Shown here piece after piece: positions 47,627 to 60,749 of a stretch of DNA of 64,000 bases. This DNA comes from Albugo candida (lineage: Eukaryota): positions 1 through 64,000 of the forward strand of contig JBDOQK010000056.1 in assembly GCA_040437565.1 (NCBI GenBank), written 5' to 3'. Within the stretch, counting starts at the first letter, position 1. Each line of letters starts with the position of its first letter. The notes under the pieces were generated by a model. It was not told the origin of the DNA, ran no database searches, and worked only from the letters and a program-made list of their open reading frames with translations. The translations under genes were made by a program, and so were the position numbers.

Positions 47627-50600
47627 GCTTCAAGATCTATGGGGCGTTCAGATCAGTCAGTACATGTTGCACAATAGGCGAAGTCAGTGCCGGTCAATTT
47701 TCACGCAGGGTAAACTGTACCAGAGGTTACAAGAGCGAGGTTAAGAGCAAATGAGAGCGAGACTGAGCGAATGAGAGCGAAGAGATCGGGCGAACGAGAG
47801 TGCTGTGGTGCACGTGGTGTGGTGTGGTGCGCCTGTGATATTAAAAGTTATGGTGTGGTGGAAATAGTAAAAGTGTGGTGGAAATAACAATTCCCTCCTC
47901 TTTTTCCTTTCAACAAAATAACAGGTTATGAGTCCAACGACGTTTGGACCAGAGAGAAGATGAAGAAGCCTGACGACTTTCTCGATGACGGCAACTACTT
48001 CCATTTAGAGTCCAACATGAAGATGACCCTCGCGCAAGGAACTGTTTGAACCATACCATGGCAATAAAGTCTGAGGAAGATTCAGACGCTGATTGGGGGA
48101 TCAAGGATATGAAAGCGTTTGCGATTATCGCACAAGGAGTCGAAGAGGAGCATCAATCAAAGATTTATCATGCGAAGACTCTTGGAAGATGGTATCTGAT
48201 CGAGCGGAATGTTGCCAGGTCTAAGACCACCCTGGTATTACTTCTAACAGGTTTTGATGATTTAAGTCCAGCAGGCGACATAAGCGGCAGTACGGTGGGA
48301 ACCGATGCAGGTGACAATATTGTTTGGGAGGATGAGTGGGAAAAAAAGCAGGTTGATCGAGGGTAAGACTGTAATATTGGTAATACACTTACTCTGCAAA
48401 ACTTCTTTGGAGAACTTCCTAGCCTGTATCAAAAGTTTATGAGCCAAATGGTGGATGAGAAATTGTTTAGAGGCGCTACATCAGACTACGCTGGGAACGC
48501 GTACGTGAAAGTAGCGTAGGTGGCCGCTCGCGAAAGGGGTGTGTCAAGTGTGGAAATTTTACCAGGCACTGACATTACGACATAGCTGGCAAAGCTTTCT
48601 TCTAGACTGGACTCTATGGAAATAGATCGCCAGGGGTATGGTCAGTGTGGTGCTGGTGGCCGTGTGGAGCCATCTCATGGTTTGTATGGAGGTGGATCGC
48701 GATCAATTTCTCCACGATTGGAAGGAATCATGGTATCGTACAATATCGATGCGGCAGGTCCCACGGCCTGATGCGAAAGTGGACTTTGGAATTGGTGGGA
48801 TAAAATCAAGTTTCTTTGCCCAGCGTAGAAAATTTTATGGTTCTGGTGCTCACGCTGGCAAGAGAAGGTTCAAGCGCAGTACCAACAGCAGATCGGATAC
48901 GAGCTCCAGCGCATGCAGCACCAATTCCAGCATGAGGAGTTGCACCAAGAAGCTGCTGATTCGCAACAAGGGGCAGTGAAGCTCCTAGAAGAGCTCCGGC
49001 GCCAAAAAGATACCATGCAGCCATTACGGCTACTTCACTCACAGAACATGAGACCCAATATAACAAAACTTTTGGTGGGTCTCATGTTATGCTGTCGTTT
49101 ATTGACGACTTCTTCATATTTGTGAACGTGTACCATTTAAAGACCAAAAGTGAGGTGACTACCAAATTCATCGAGTACCAAGTAGAAATGGAACTAAAAA
49201 ATCAAAGCTATACAAACGGACAATGGAGTACAATTTAAGAACAAGAGGCTCGACATATTTTTGCCGGATGAATTGAATCATTTACCAGAAAAAAAGTGTC
49301 TTACAGCCCGCAGCAAAACGGAGTTGCTGAAAGAGCATGATGAGATACTAGGGTGTTGCGCATACTTGGTGGGCTGAAGAAATCAATAGCGCGGTTCACC
49401 TAATCAATCGAACCATCAGAAATCAATCCACGAATATGACTCCATTCGAAAAATGTTCCAGGACAAAGTCGCGACTACATTAAAACGTTTGGATCGATGG
49501 GATACGCTCATGCTAACGAAACTAAGCGCACGAAGTTTGACGTGAAGAGTTTCCGTTGCATGTTACTGGGATATGCCAAACATAAACAAGGCTATAAAGG
49601 TTTTGACCTGAAGACACAATGTTCAGACCAGCAGAACGGATACATGATGTGAACGATGACTTCAATTGTGGAGTGCATAACAGTAGAACTCGAGATGTAA
49701 AAATGGAAGAAGATCATGACGTCGATGACGTAGAGATGGATAATCAGATGAGTGACATTGGAACCGAAGATGCCAATATAAACCCCTCGGCTGTCTGTCG
49801 CCAATCTCACACAAATCAATCCGATTAACTCAGGCAGCAGTCACGACAGATTTAAGATAAATTTTCCAGCAAGAAGGCACACCCAGTATAACAACGGGTA
49901 ACGAGATGATCTTTCAACCAGAGATGGCTCGCAGAACCCATATAGAAAGTAAACGAGTATTTCTTTCCGACATAACCAGTGCGAAAGATGACTACGATAT
50001 TGCACAGATTGAACACCGACCCAGAATGGTGATTGAAGGTGATAGTGCTGACGACCATATCGAAGACAGTATCGTCGTGTACGAAAACAACGTTCAATCA
50101 GGTGAGAGAGATGATAATGAAACCTCCATCCAGGAGATCTCGATTGGATACCGACTGAAAGAGTTGCCTGTCGTAGCTTAGCGCATCACGTCGTTGATAG
50201 TAGAAGTCGAAATGGTTACACAAAATATCCCACGACTGTATGAAGACGCGACCAATTGAGATGAAAATACCAATGAATCAAAGGCATCAACAACGAAATT
50301 TTTGCGCAGAAGCGTAACAACACGTGGTCAGCTGTATAGCGCAAACCAGGGATTAAGACCATTGAAACTAATTGGTTAGGGGTCAAGAAGGAGACGGGTC
50401 CGACACTGCGCTACGAAGCGAGATTGGCTGCGCTGGGATTTTTGGAGCTCACGGAGTCTATTTATTCAAGACTTACGCTGCTGTGGTGAGCATTAACTCG
50501 ATAAGGATACTCCTATCATCGTGCTGTGCAACTGGATACATCATTGAACAAATCGATGTGGACACAGCGTCTTCGAACGCAGACATTCAAGAAGACGTCT

Positions 50601-51505
50601 ACTTGGAAGTACCGAAGGGACTTAACAATGGCAAAAAATATGTTTTGAAACTTACTCGTGCTTTANNNNNNNNNNNNNNNNNNNNNNNNNNNNNNNNNNN
50701 NNNNNNNNNNNNNNNNNNNNNNNNNNNNNNNNNNNNNNNNNNNNNNNNNNNNNNNNNNNNNNNNNTACGCTGCTGTGGTGAGCATTAACTCGATAAGGAT
50801 ACTCCTATCATCGTGCTGTGCAACTGGATACATCATTGAACAAATCGATGTGGACACAGCGTCTTCGAACGCAGACATTCAAGAAGACGTCTACTTGGAA
50901 GTACCGAAGGGACTTAACAATGGCAAAAAATATGTTTTGAAACTTACTCGTGCTTTAAATGGACTAAAGAAAGCCGTACACGCGTGGAACGCAATAATTC
51001 ACGGTACATTGCTAGAACTGAAGTTTGAAGCATTTGGTGCTGGTTGATGCGTCTACAAGAAGAAGGACCATGAAGGATGGATTTACTTGTGTCTTTACGT
51101 GGATGGTATGATCGTAGCAGCTAAATCAACCGATACCGTGATCAAAGTGGAAATTATAATTTCGTAACGATTTTTAAGTAAAGACCTGGAGCTACTTAAA
51201 TACCTTTTGGGTATGAAGGTAAATTATGACCACGAGAAGCGATTCATTTCGATCATACAATAGAAATATCTGGAACAGACTGCAGCACTATTTAAGCAAA
51301 ATCATACGCGTACTGTAGAAAATCCCTGTGATCCAAGCACTAGACCTTCAAACAAAGACAGTCCGACGACGCAAGAAGAAAAAGAACTTATGAATTGCAC
51401 ACCGTATCGCCAACTTATTGGCGGTTGCTTTATGTTGCAATATGCCCACGGCCGGATATGGCATTCGCTATGAGTCAACTGGGACGTTTCATCTCATCCT
51501 GTATC

Positions 51506-54500
51506 TATTGGAAGGTCATTTGCATCGAGTGCACAGTAACCACCGCCGTGACGAGACAGTGACCCTAACGAGCGTGAAGATTGGCAAGAAGGAACCAAAT
51601 CGCCCTCGAGGAGTCGCGACAGCAAAATTGCTTTACTGTGAAGGGTCGCAGTGTGCATGATCAGAAACTAATTCTAACTAAATGCAATACGGTTATTCCC
51701 CATTCTACTCTGCTGTTAACACCCGTGCAGACCTTACTTTTTGCCAACAGGTTATGTGGTCAAGTCCGAAGACTTGGTAGAGAGCGTGACGAAAGCACGA
51801 CAACACCTAGTTTACGCAAGTAGGACGGTTCAAGAAAGGGACCAACAATGGGGATCAAGATGCAAGGACGAGACACAGCACAGATGGATCATGCCGAAGA
51901 AAGGAGCGAAGATATAGCGTCGCCAAGTGGACCAGGCGGCAGTCTATGCGAGAATACTCAAGATGCTGGGGGAGATCGATAGCCGTGTCGGTCAAATCGA
52001 GGCTCAGCAAAATGCGAGCAGCGGTTTTGGATACGCTCCGGAGTCACCTTTTCTACCAGCGGAGGTCCCTCACACAGCACTGCAAGGTCAAGGACCGGCC
52101 ATGATTGGTCGTCCAGTGCCTGATCTTGGTGGGGATTCAGATTGAATGAGCTTGTGACAGTGGATTTGGAGCAAAAAGTGAATTCAAGGGTCGAGCAGAG
52201 AACATGCCTATTTGAAGACACTCGGTCCACAAGTCGCCTAGCTTGACTCCACCGGGATCGATCAAGACTCACAAGCTCATGATAAATAAGTTCACGGGAG
52301 AATAGCAGTATGCAAAACGCGGCACAGGTTTTAAGCAGTGGGGGTATACATTCTTCGAAGTGATCGGGATGAACGAGATTCAGAGTCAATATGCGCCGGG
52401 AGAATGCCTTAAAGTGAACAATATGGGAGAATACATGGCGCCAAACAGTGTGGCTTCAGCGTTTTTTCAATCCAAGGTGAGGAAATTGTGAGCGGTCAAC
52501 CCGACGTTGTACCACGCAATGGACAAGCTGTACCAAGCGTTCATTGTGACGATTACGCACCAACAGGCCGCCGCATTGTTTTTGAGTGAAAAAGACAAGT
52601 CGCGTTTGTGTAACAAGCATCTCTTATACCTGATCGCATTGTGCCAAAAAAGCGAGTCACACGAACAACTCGTTGTGGAAAATATCCTCAAGTACGCGGC
52701 GCCGCACCTCAAAATAGCGATGATGGTGTGATACCAACCGACTCGCACGGACTACCTCACACACGCAACAGATCTCATCGCATAGGCGCAAGAGATTGAG
52801 GACGATAGAAAAGTGCTTAAGAGGATGAACAAGGACATAGTCAGTGGACTGGGACATGGCAAGCTTCAGGGTCACTTCCAAGGTGAAGACTGAAAGTGTT
52901 ATAACTGCGGCAAGCGAGGATTTGGCGATAAAATGCCATCAACCAAAAAAAGACGATGGCCGCGGGATAGCTAATTTTGTATTGACTGCATGCGAGAACT
53001 CGAATCGCTAGCGAACGAAGGATTCAACAAATAGCTACGTTTATGTGGGTGGTTGATAGACGGACAAGCAGACATCTCGTCCAAGACCCTGACTTGCTTC
53101 ACGATGCCGTGGAATGTGATTAAAATGATGAACTCCTGTTGCTTGACGGAGGTGAACTCAAGGTGACCAAACGAGAATCTGTGGTCCTACATGGTATTGC
53201 GAATGGTATAAAGACCCAGATAACGCTTACCCAAGTATATCACGTGCCCAAGTTGGCTAGGCGCCTCGTATCCATGTGCATGCTGTTTGAAATATGGTGC
53301 TCACTGACTACGGAAGGCGATGTGATGTGCATGCGGTTAGGCAAAAATAAAATACTCTGTTGGATTTACAAACTGAGTATGGCGCATTTCTGGCAGATTT
53401 GACTCCTAGTACGTCGATAATGACGCCAAAACGACTTAATGAGATTGTGATGACTGCAGTTCAAGCCACGGGGCTAACAACAGATGTACAGAAAGGAACG
53501 CTGCACCATTTTCATCTTCGTCTCGGACTCTCGGACACATAGCTTACGATACCGCGGAGCGTATGGCTAAAGCTCCTGATTACGGTATTGAACTTACTGA
53601 TCACGTGCGTGCAAACTGTCTCACGTACGCTGAAGCGAAGGGCACCAGAGCTAAACCGCCCAATAAAGACTCGGGTGCAAATTCACCAATCGACCGCATC
53701 CCGGGTGTGATCTGTAGTGATCTGAAAGAACCGATCGCCCCAAAAGACTGTCCTGGAAACAGATATTTGGTTGTGTTCATCGACTACAGGTCAAATGACG
53801 TGCGCGTATTCGCGGCACGGAAGAAAAATACTGCAGTCAAGACGTTCGAGCATTTTTTGGCGTGGTCTGAAACGAATCTAATTGTTGCATCCACGTCCTG
53901 TCACTGACGGTGAAGTAGAGTATCAATTGGTCAGTCTCTTCTGCAGACAGGTGTGTGACGTCAAGTAACAGAAACAGGTACTCCACAATGTAACGGAAAG
54001 GCTAAATGCATGAATCGCACCGTCTTTAGAATGGTGCGATCCATGATCTTTGGTTCAGGTCTAGAGCTAATGTACTGGAGCGAGCCTGCAGAGTACGCTG
54101 CTTTCATATTCAACCGGAGTCCGACTCGAGAAAATTTGAAGCGTTTGTCGCCGATTTAAGTGCGCATCGGGCGGGCACCGAGTCTACAGGGTATCTTCTA
54201 TCTTCTTCTTTGGGTCTCCGCGTATGGTTTGGCGTGATCCCTAAAAGAACACTTGTGCGTGATGCAGAGAAAGCACGGATACTGGGTATAAGTGAAAAAA
54301 CAAAGGTATACAAGGTGTTGTTGTTCAAGGATAAAGTCTTAACGAAAACTAGACACATCACCAACATCGAGACACTCGATGGCACGGCTAATGAATAAAT
54401 CCAACGTGCACTTTATGATGACAGAGGACAAGAGCCTGATCATGTGCAAAAGAAAGTGGAGAGTGATCATCAAGTGGCCGAAGAAAGTGATGCGCAGCCG

Positions 54501-57500
54501 AAGGAGTCGCTGCCATTAGGTCCGAGGAGATCACAGCGCAAACATACGAAGTCAATAAAACAAGCCGTGGCAGACGAGTATAGTGAAGGAAGTAGCATGG
54601 AGAAACGAGAAAAAGTCAGCTCACCCAAAAGTGTATCTCAAGGAGAATGCACCAATGTAGGAGAATTAGAATCAAGTGTCGAAGAGTTGCAAGTGTCGGA
54701 TCCAGTGCTTATGGCGTTCGCAGTGCTGCCTGCGGACAAGCGCATGACAGAAAACTCGCGATACCAGACCCAACAAATTCTGAAAAAGCGCGTCGTGGAC
54801 CTATTAGTTCTAGGTGGGCGATCGCTGCGCAAGAGGAAATTGCGCCACCCGAGGCAAACGAAACGTGGACGGTAATCAAACGTCCAAAGAACGTGAAACC
54901 CATCCCAACCATGTGGTTTTATAAAACCAAGATGTGAGCAAATGGGACTGTGGAAGGATACAAGACGAGACTGGTTGTTCGCGGCGACAAAGTGTGAATT
55001 ACAATCCCACATTCTCTACGATAATGCCGATAGGAAATGCATGTGTCATTTTACGTTTTCACGGATGTGGGGGATTCCGCCTAGGCATGGTAACTTCCCA
55101 AGCGCGTACCCGAAAGCTTTCACGGAGCCAGAGTACGAAATCTGCTTGAGAATTCCCGATGAAATGACAGTCAACCAAGACATCCTGGACCGAATTTGGC
55201 GTAACGTAACCTGATGAATTGTTGTTGCTTCTACAACGGAATCTCTATGGACTAAAACAGGTAGGAAGACTTTGGCATCAATTGTTGTGAAATACGCTGC
55301 TCAAGATTGATTTCGTAAAATGCATAATGACCCGTGCGTTTTTACAATACCGATGAGGATGGTATGACTATCGTCGGGGTATACGTTGATTACCTGCTAA
55401 TTACAGCACGACAGTGAAACGTATCGATCAATTCTTTACTGACATGAAGGTTCTTGAGCTTAAGGATCTCGGTATTGTTGAGAAGTTCTTCGGGAATGAG
55501 ATTTTCGAGGACAAAAGAAGGAGTCTCTTGTATCTACCAGGAGCAGACGATTGAAGAAGTGCTCGAGAAACACGGTCTGGCTGAAGCAAACTAGGTATGA
55601 GTACCGAATCTGAAGTGCAAATAATCGAAGAGACAACGAGCTGCTGCTGTGGGATTGAATCGAGTACCGACTATCAGGAATTTCCAGTCTCTAGTTGGGA
55701 GCTTGCAAAGGGCATCGCGCTTCCCGCGTCCAGAAATTTCGTTAGCGGTGCGCAGAGAGAAAATAGGCGAAGTTACGCACCAGCACAGCAGGCTTATAAG
55801 CTTGCANNNNNNNNNNNNNNNNNNNNNNNNNNNNNNNNNNNNNNNNNNNNNNNNNNNNNNNNNNNNNNNNNNNNNNNNNNNNNNNNNNNNNNNNNNNNNN
55901 NNNNNNATGTGAGCAAATGGGACTGTGGAAGGATACAAGACGAGACTGGTTGTTCGCGGCGACAAAGTGTGAATTACAATCCCACATTCTCTACGATAAT
56001 GCCGATAGGAAATGCATGTGTCATTTTACGTTTTCACGGATGTGGGGGATTCCGCCTAGGCATGGTAACTTCCCAAGCGCGTACCCGAAAGCTTTCACGG
56101 AGCCAGAGTACGAAATCTGCTTGAGAATTCCCGATGAAATGACAGTCAACCAAGACATCCTGGACCGAATTTGGCGTAACGTAACCTGATGAATTGTTGT
56201 TGCTTCTACAACGGAATCTCTATGGACTAAAACAGGTAGGAAGACTTTGGCATCAATTGTTGTGAAATACGCTGCTCAAGATTGATTTCGTAAAATGCAT
56301 AATGACCCGTGCGTTTTTACAATACCGATGAGGATGGTATGACTATCGTCGGGGTATACGTTGATTACCTGCTAATTACAGCACGACAGTGAAACGTATC
56401 GATCAATTCTTTACTGACATGAAGGTTCTTGAGCTTAAGGATCTCGGTATTGTTGAGAAGTTCTTCGGGAATGAGATTTTCGAGGACAAAAGAAGGAGTC
56501 TCTTGTATCTACCAGGAGCAGACGATTGAAGAAGTGCTCGAGAAACACGGTCTGGCTGAAGCAAACTAGGTATGAGTACCGAATCTGAAGTGCAAATAAT
56601 CGAAGAGACAACGAGCTGCTGCTGTGGGATTGAATCGAGTACCGACTATCAGGAATTTCCAGTCTCTAGTTGGGAGCTTGCAAAGGGCATCGCGCTTCCC
56701 GCGTCCAGAAATTTCGTTAGCGGTGCGCAGAGAGAAAATAGGCGAAGTTACGCACCAGCACAGCAGGCTTATAAGCTTGCAAAAAAGATTGCAAGGTACT
56801 TGAAGGGAACGGAAAGTTTGAAGCTACATTTTCGTGAAAACAGCGAGCCCCAGTCGCCCATCAGGATTTTCAGCTTCAGTGATGCGGAGCTTGCGGCTGA
56901 CAATGAAGATTGAAAGTCTGTGAGTGCAGGTGTGCAGATTGTTAATGGAATTGCTGTAGGGTGGCACTGCAAGAAGCAAGCTGCTGTTGCTCAGTATACA
57001 GAGGAAGGGGGATTCGTCGCTGCTGCCGTAGGAGGATGTGAGTGGTACTCAATATTGATAATCAAGCTGCAGTGAAGCAAATTTAAAACGCGGCGAGCTC
57101 AGCCAGCACGAATTATGTGGATGTGAAGCTTCAATTCTTACGTTATTACGCCAGGAAGGAGACGGTCAAGCCAACGTATGAATGTAAGAAGACGATGATC
57201 GCCGCCGACTTATTGACGAAGGTGCTGCCATCTCCTGAATTGTGATAGGTCTGAAGTGATGTTCATCAAGGCGCCGGAAAGGAGTGTTGGAAGATCATGT
57301 GCACAGAGTGCACAGTAACAGCCGCCGTGAAGGTACAGTGAATCTAACGAGCGTGAAGATTTGCAAGAAGGAACCAGATCGACTGCGAGGAATTGCGGGA
57401 GCAAAACTAATTTACTGCGAAGGGTCGCAGTGTGCATAATCAGGAATTCCTTCTAGCTACATTTAATACATTTATTCCTCATTCTAGTCTGTTGTTAACA

Positions 57501-57528
57501 GTCATGCAGACCTTGCTGTTTGCCAACA
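51506..57528 (+). mobile_element. Inner full-length degenerate Ty1/copia element; 244-bp LTRs 51506-51749 and 57285-57528; TSD GTATC
   Basis: LTRs align without gaps (~44 mismatches by manual count). PBS GGTTATG at 51750; PPT ggaaaggag 57276-57284; GTATC at 51501-51505 and 57529-57533. CYNCGK knuckle, VICSDLK..RYLVVFID integrase, LYGLKQ RT, ARYLKGT. Confidence 0.93.
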
Positions 57529-57790
57529 GTATCAAATCATTGGAAGGCAGCAATCAAAGTTTTGCGATACTAGACATCGACGGCTACATTTGGAATACAC
57601 TACACTACAATACTGTAATCCCCGAACCAACTATCTGCATACATTGATGCAGACTGGAGAAACAACTTGGACGACCGTAGGTCTTTGAGTGGAGTATTGA
57701 TCCTACTGAATGGTGAATCAGTTGTATTCAAGCCATAGTACCAACGTACGGTGCTTTGAGTACCTCAAAAGCTGAGTACATGGAAATGAG

Positions 57791-57898
57791 TAGGGTTGCA
57801 AATGAATCCACCGGATCTGGATATGGATCTGAGAGTTGGATCCATTTAGCAAATGGATCTGGGGCTGGATCTGAGAGTTGGGTCGATTTGCAGCCCTA
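57791..57898. mobile_element. 108-bp hAT-type MITE inserted in the outer copia RNase H region
   Basis: TIRs tagggttgcaaatgaatcca / tgggtcgatttgcagcccta; 8-bp TSD gaaatgag/gcaatgag; internal ggatctg repeats. Removing it restores AEYMAMSMCTQD. Confidence 0.85.
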
Positions 57899-59769
57899 GC
57901 AATGAGCATGTGCACACAGGACATTTTGTGGGCAAGAGAAATGCTCTCCGACTTGAGATGTGAACAGAAAATCCGACGTTGTTTGGGGTGGGGTGATAAT
58001 CAAGGAGCTATCGCATCTGCCACAAACCCAGGATATTATGCACGAACGAAGCATGTGGATATCCGCTTCCACTTTATTCGTGAGAAAATAACGACAGGTT
58101 TGATAAAAGTGATCTACAAGGACGAAGTACCAACTCGCGGATATTCCGACAGAAGCACTAGGAACCAGCCGAATACAATGCATTCTGATGCAATGGGTAT
58201 CAGTTGAATGTGCAACTACATTGAGCGGGAGTGTCAAAAGTATAGTTGAAGTACTGTATGAGACTGATCCACTTGTGATAAGTGGTCCGTAGGTGACTGT
58301 AAATCTTGATAATACACATGCGCTTTTTTCTTTCAACAGAACAACAGAGGTAACCTCTATCAGACTGATTCCAAAAGATGACATTTTTCGATCGGTTCTG
58401 ATGGGTATCAGTCGAGACATATGAATATATGCACTGATTTGCACTTCCACGGAATACACGCGTTCAATCATAAAAGAATAATCGAAATATGTCTCGTGCT
58501 TGAAATAAAAAAAAATCATGTAGATAAGAGGATGCATCAATAGGTTCATCGCAAAGAAACTCGAACGAAGACTATCGCTAAGTAGAAGTGCATGCTAGTG
58601 CTACATCTTTACCCAGTGCATTTTTAAAATTCTCGCTGTCTTCAGCATTTCTTTTGTTGCGATTGCATCACCGAGCTTTTTTTATCCCAAGAGCAGATAA
58701 AACATGGATCCAAGCGAACATCGATACTTTTCTGTTAAACTTCGGAGCACTTATCTGTGCGACTGCTATCCGTGAAAGCGACTCCATAATCTTTTTTCCG
58801 TATGAATCAGCCAGAAGTTTACAAATCTTTGCAATCGCATCGACTGTGTCAATGAAGATGAAATGAAGCGAGAAAATTACACGGGGTGAACCGACAAGAC
58901 GGGTTTTCATGAATCACTTATCCTCAGATCGATTCTGAAAGTCTTGCTGTCGACTTTAAGAATCTTCTATCTGAGAAGAGGTTCTGTGAAATGATATTTG
59001 TGTGAATGCAAGAAAAAGACTTCGATAGACTCACCTTGAAAAGCATTATAATTTTCCGCTTTCCAACCTCGACTGCAGTGCCTCCATCTGCTGTGCACAA
59101 TGATGTCGGGCTTCCTTGGACTCGATCGTAATAGAACGAGATAAATGCAGCATTAGATCGCTATTGTAGATACTTGATTGCCATAAGGTTGCCCTGCTGA
59201 TTTTTACTGATGTATGTAAACCGCTTCTCTAATGCATGTTTATCCATTACGTTTCAGTGTTCCCAGCGTAGTTGTAAATCATAAGGTGGATTCATCCTTT
59301 GGTCGATATAACTGATCATAGTTTCACTTTATTTCGCAGCTTAAATGATAGTAGTTGTCCGAGCGGTACAGAAAACAATTATGCGATCGTCCCTTGGATT
59401 ACGAAACTCACAACTCGTGAAACTTATGCTGACATTGTCGTCAAAACGGGGTAGTCCTATTGTCAAACATGACGCACGCGACTGAGTTAGTGGCTTGCGT
59501 GGCTGCGTTGAACTGGTGCAAGCTTTGTGTAAGTGTCGTTGTGCAAGAATATCTCGCTAAAAAAAGACTTCGCAACAGAAACAGACAGCGCCACATTGGA
59601 ATTTCCAGCAGCAATTCCAAGGCATGTCTCGAATTCCAAATGTGAGCACACGGATTGTTCCAAAGAAGCTTATCATGCCTGAAACTGGCAGCTGCTTTGA
59701 CGCAACTACTGTATCTTCTAACGTAAGCAGTCATTCTATGCCTGAGGCCCTTTGACTAATGTCTGATGC

Positions 59770-60704
59770 ATGCAGCGTCAACATGTTGATTCTAAATCAA
59801 GATCACCTGGAGTAAATTCAGTCTCTAAATGTGCTCGTTTTGATTATCTTCGCAAAGACACAGGAACCGGAGGGTTGGCAGAACTAGAGAAATCGACACG
59901 AGTATATATTGTACTTTATTCTCTTTTAATGATTCGTTCCTCAAAACATGGAATTATATAGGCAGCAGCCTTAGTATCCAATTCAAATACTCAGTCTACG
60001 AAATCAGGGAAGCAGCCGGAAGCATACAGTGCAAGGTACAACCCTCCGGACACCTCATTCCGCAAATATTATGAGCGAGGCGATCTGCCCATTCAAATTG
60101 ATCATGGGACTGTTCGCAACATGGTTGCCTGGAAAGTAGATATCACAAAGCTTGATTTTCATCACTATTTGCCCATATTTTTCGACGGCCTGCGTGAAAT
60201 GGAAGAGCCTTACGCATTCCTTGCAGAGCAAGGAATAAAGGACATGCTTATCAACGCAAACTCTAAAGTTCTGCCGGTTCTTCCACAGCTGATAATTCCT
60301 ATCAAAAGTGGGTGGTTCTTGTTCAGTGGAGGCCTAAATGTCAACTTACTCAATCTTTCATAGATGCGCTTAATACTCGCCAAAATAGCGTGCTGATCAA
60401 GACTCTGAACATCCTGCAACTGCTCGTTACGTGCGAGTCCGCAACACAGAAAGATGGTACTACTAAAGGATTGATCGGACAAGCTCTAGTACCGTATTAT
60501 CGGCAAATCTTGCCAGTTTTCAACATTTTTATCCGTAAAAACGATAATATCGGCGATGCGATGGATTACTCTCAGCGGAAAAAGCTGAATTTGGGGGATC
60601 TTATCCAGCAAACGCTTGAGATATTTGAAACCAATGGTGGTGACGATGCTTTCATCAATATAAAATATCTAGTGCCGACCTATCAAAGTGTTTGCCTCAA
60701 CTAG
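59770..60704 (+). CDS. PACRG: Parkin co-regulated gene protein (exons 59770-59901, 59962-60307, 60364-60704)
   Basis: [89 protein letters not shown]; two GT-AG introns keep frame. Confidence 0.95.
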
Positions 60705-60749
60705 ACCCAATACAGCCGAATTCTTACAGTATGTATGATTATCACGCTC

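Larger units (their letters stand above)
44675..47895 (-). mobile_element. Mutator-like element (MULE) with ~150-bp TIRs
   Basis: TIRs gggaattgttatttccaccacac.. (44675-~44835) and ..gtgtggtggaaataacaattccc (~47747-47895). Interior is more GC-rich than flanks. No TSD found. Confidence 0.92.
47897..58346 (+). mobile_element. Outer degenerate Ty1/copia element (5' LTR remnant 47897-47923, PBS 47924-47936, 3' LTR 58232-58346), interrupted by nested elements
   Basis: PBS GGTTATGAGTCCA; gag LDDGNYFH; integrase PQQNGVAE; RT IEQIDVDTA..EDVYLEVPKG..ALNGLKKA; RNase H GDNQGAI..ARTKHVDIRFHFIRE. PPT gagcgggag precedes TGTC..AACA, whose end matches 47897-47923. Confidence 0.85.

Noticed and set aside
50473-56781. 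Duplicated RT segments (50473-50956 and 54932-56781)
   Set aside because: Identical overlaps around N gaps.
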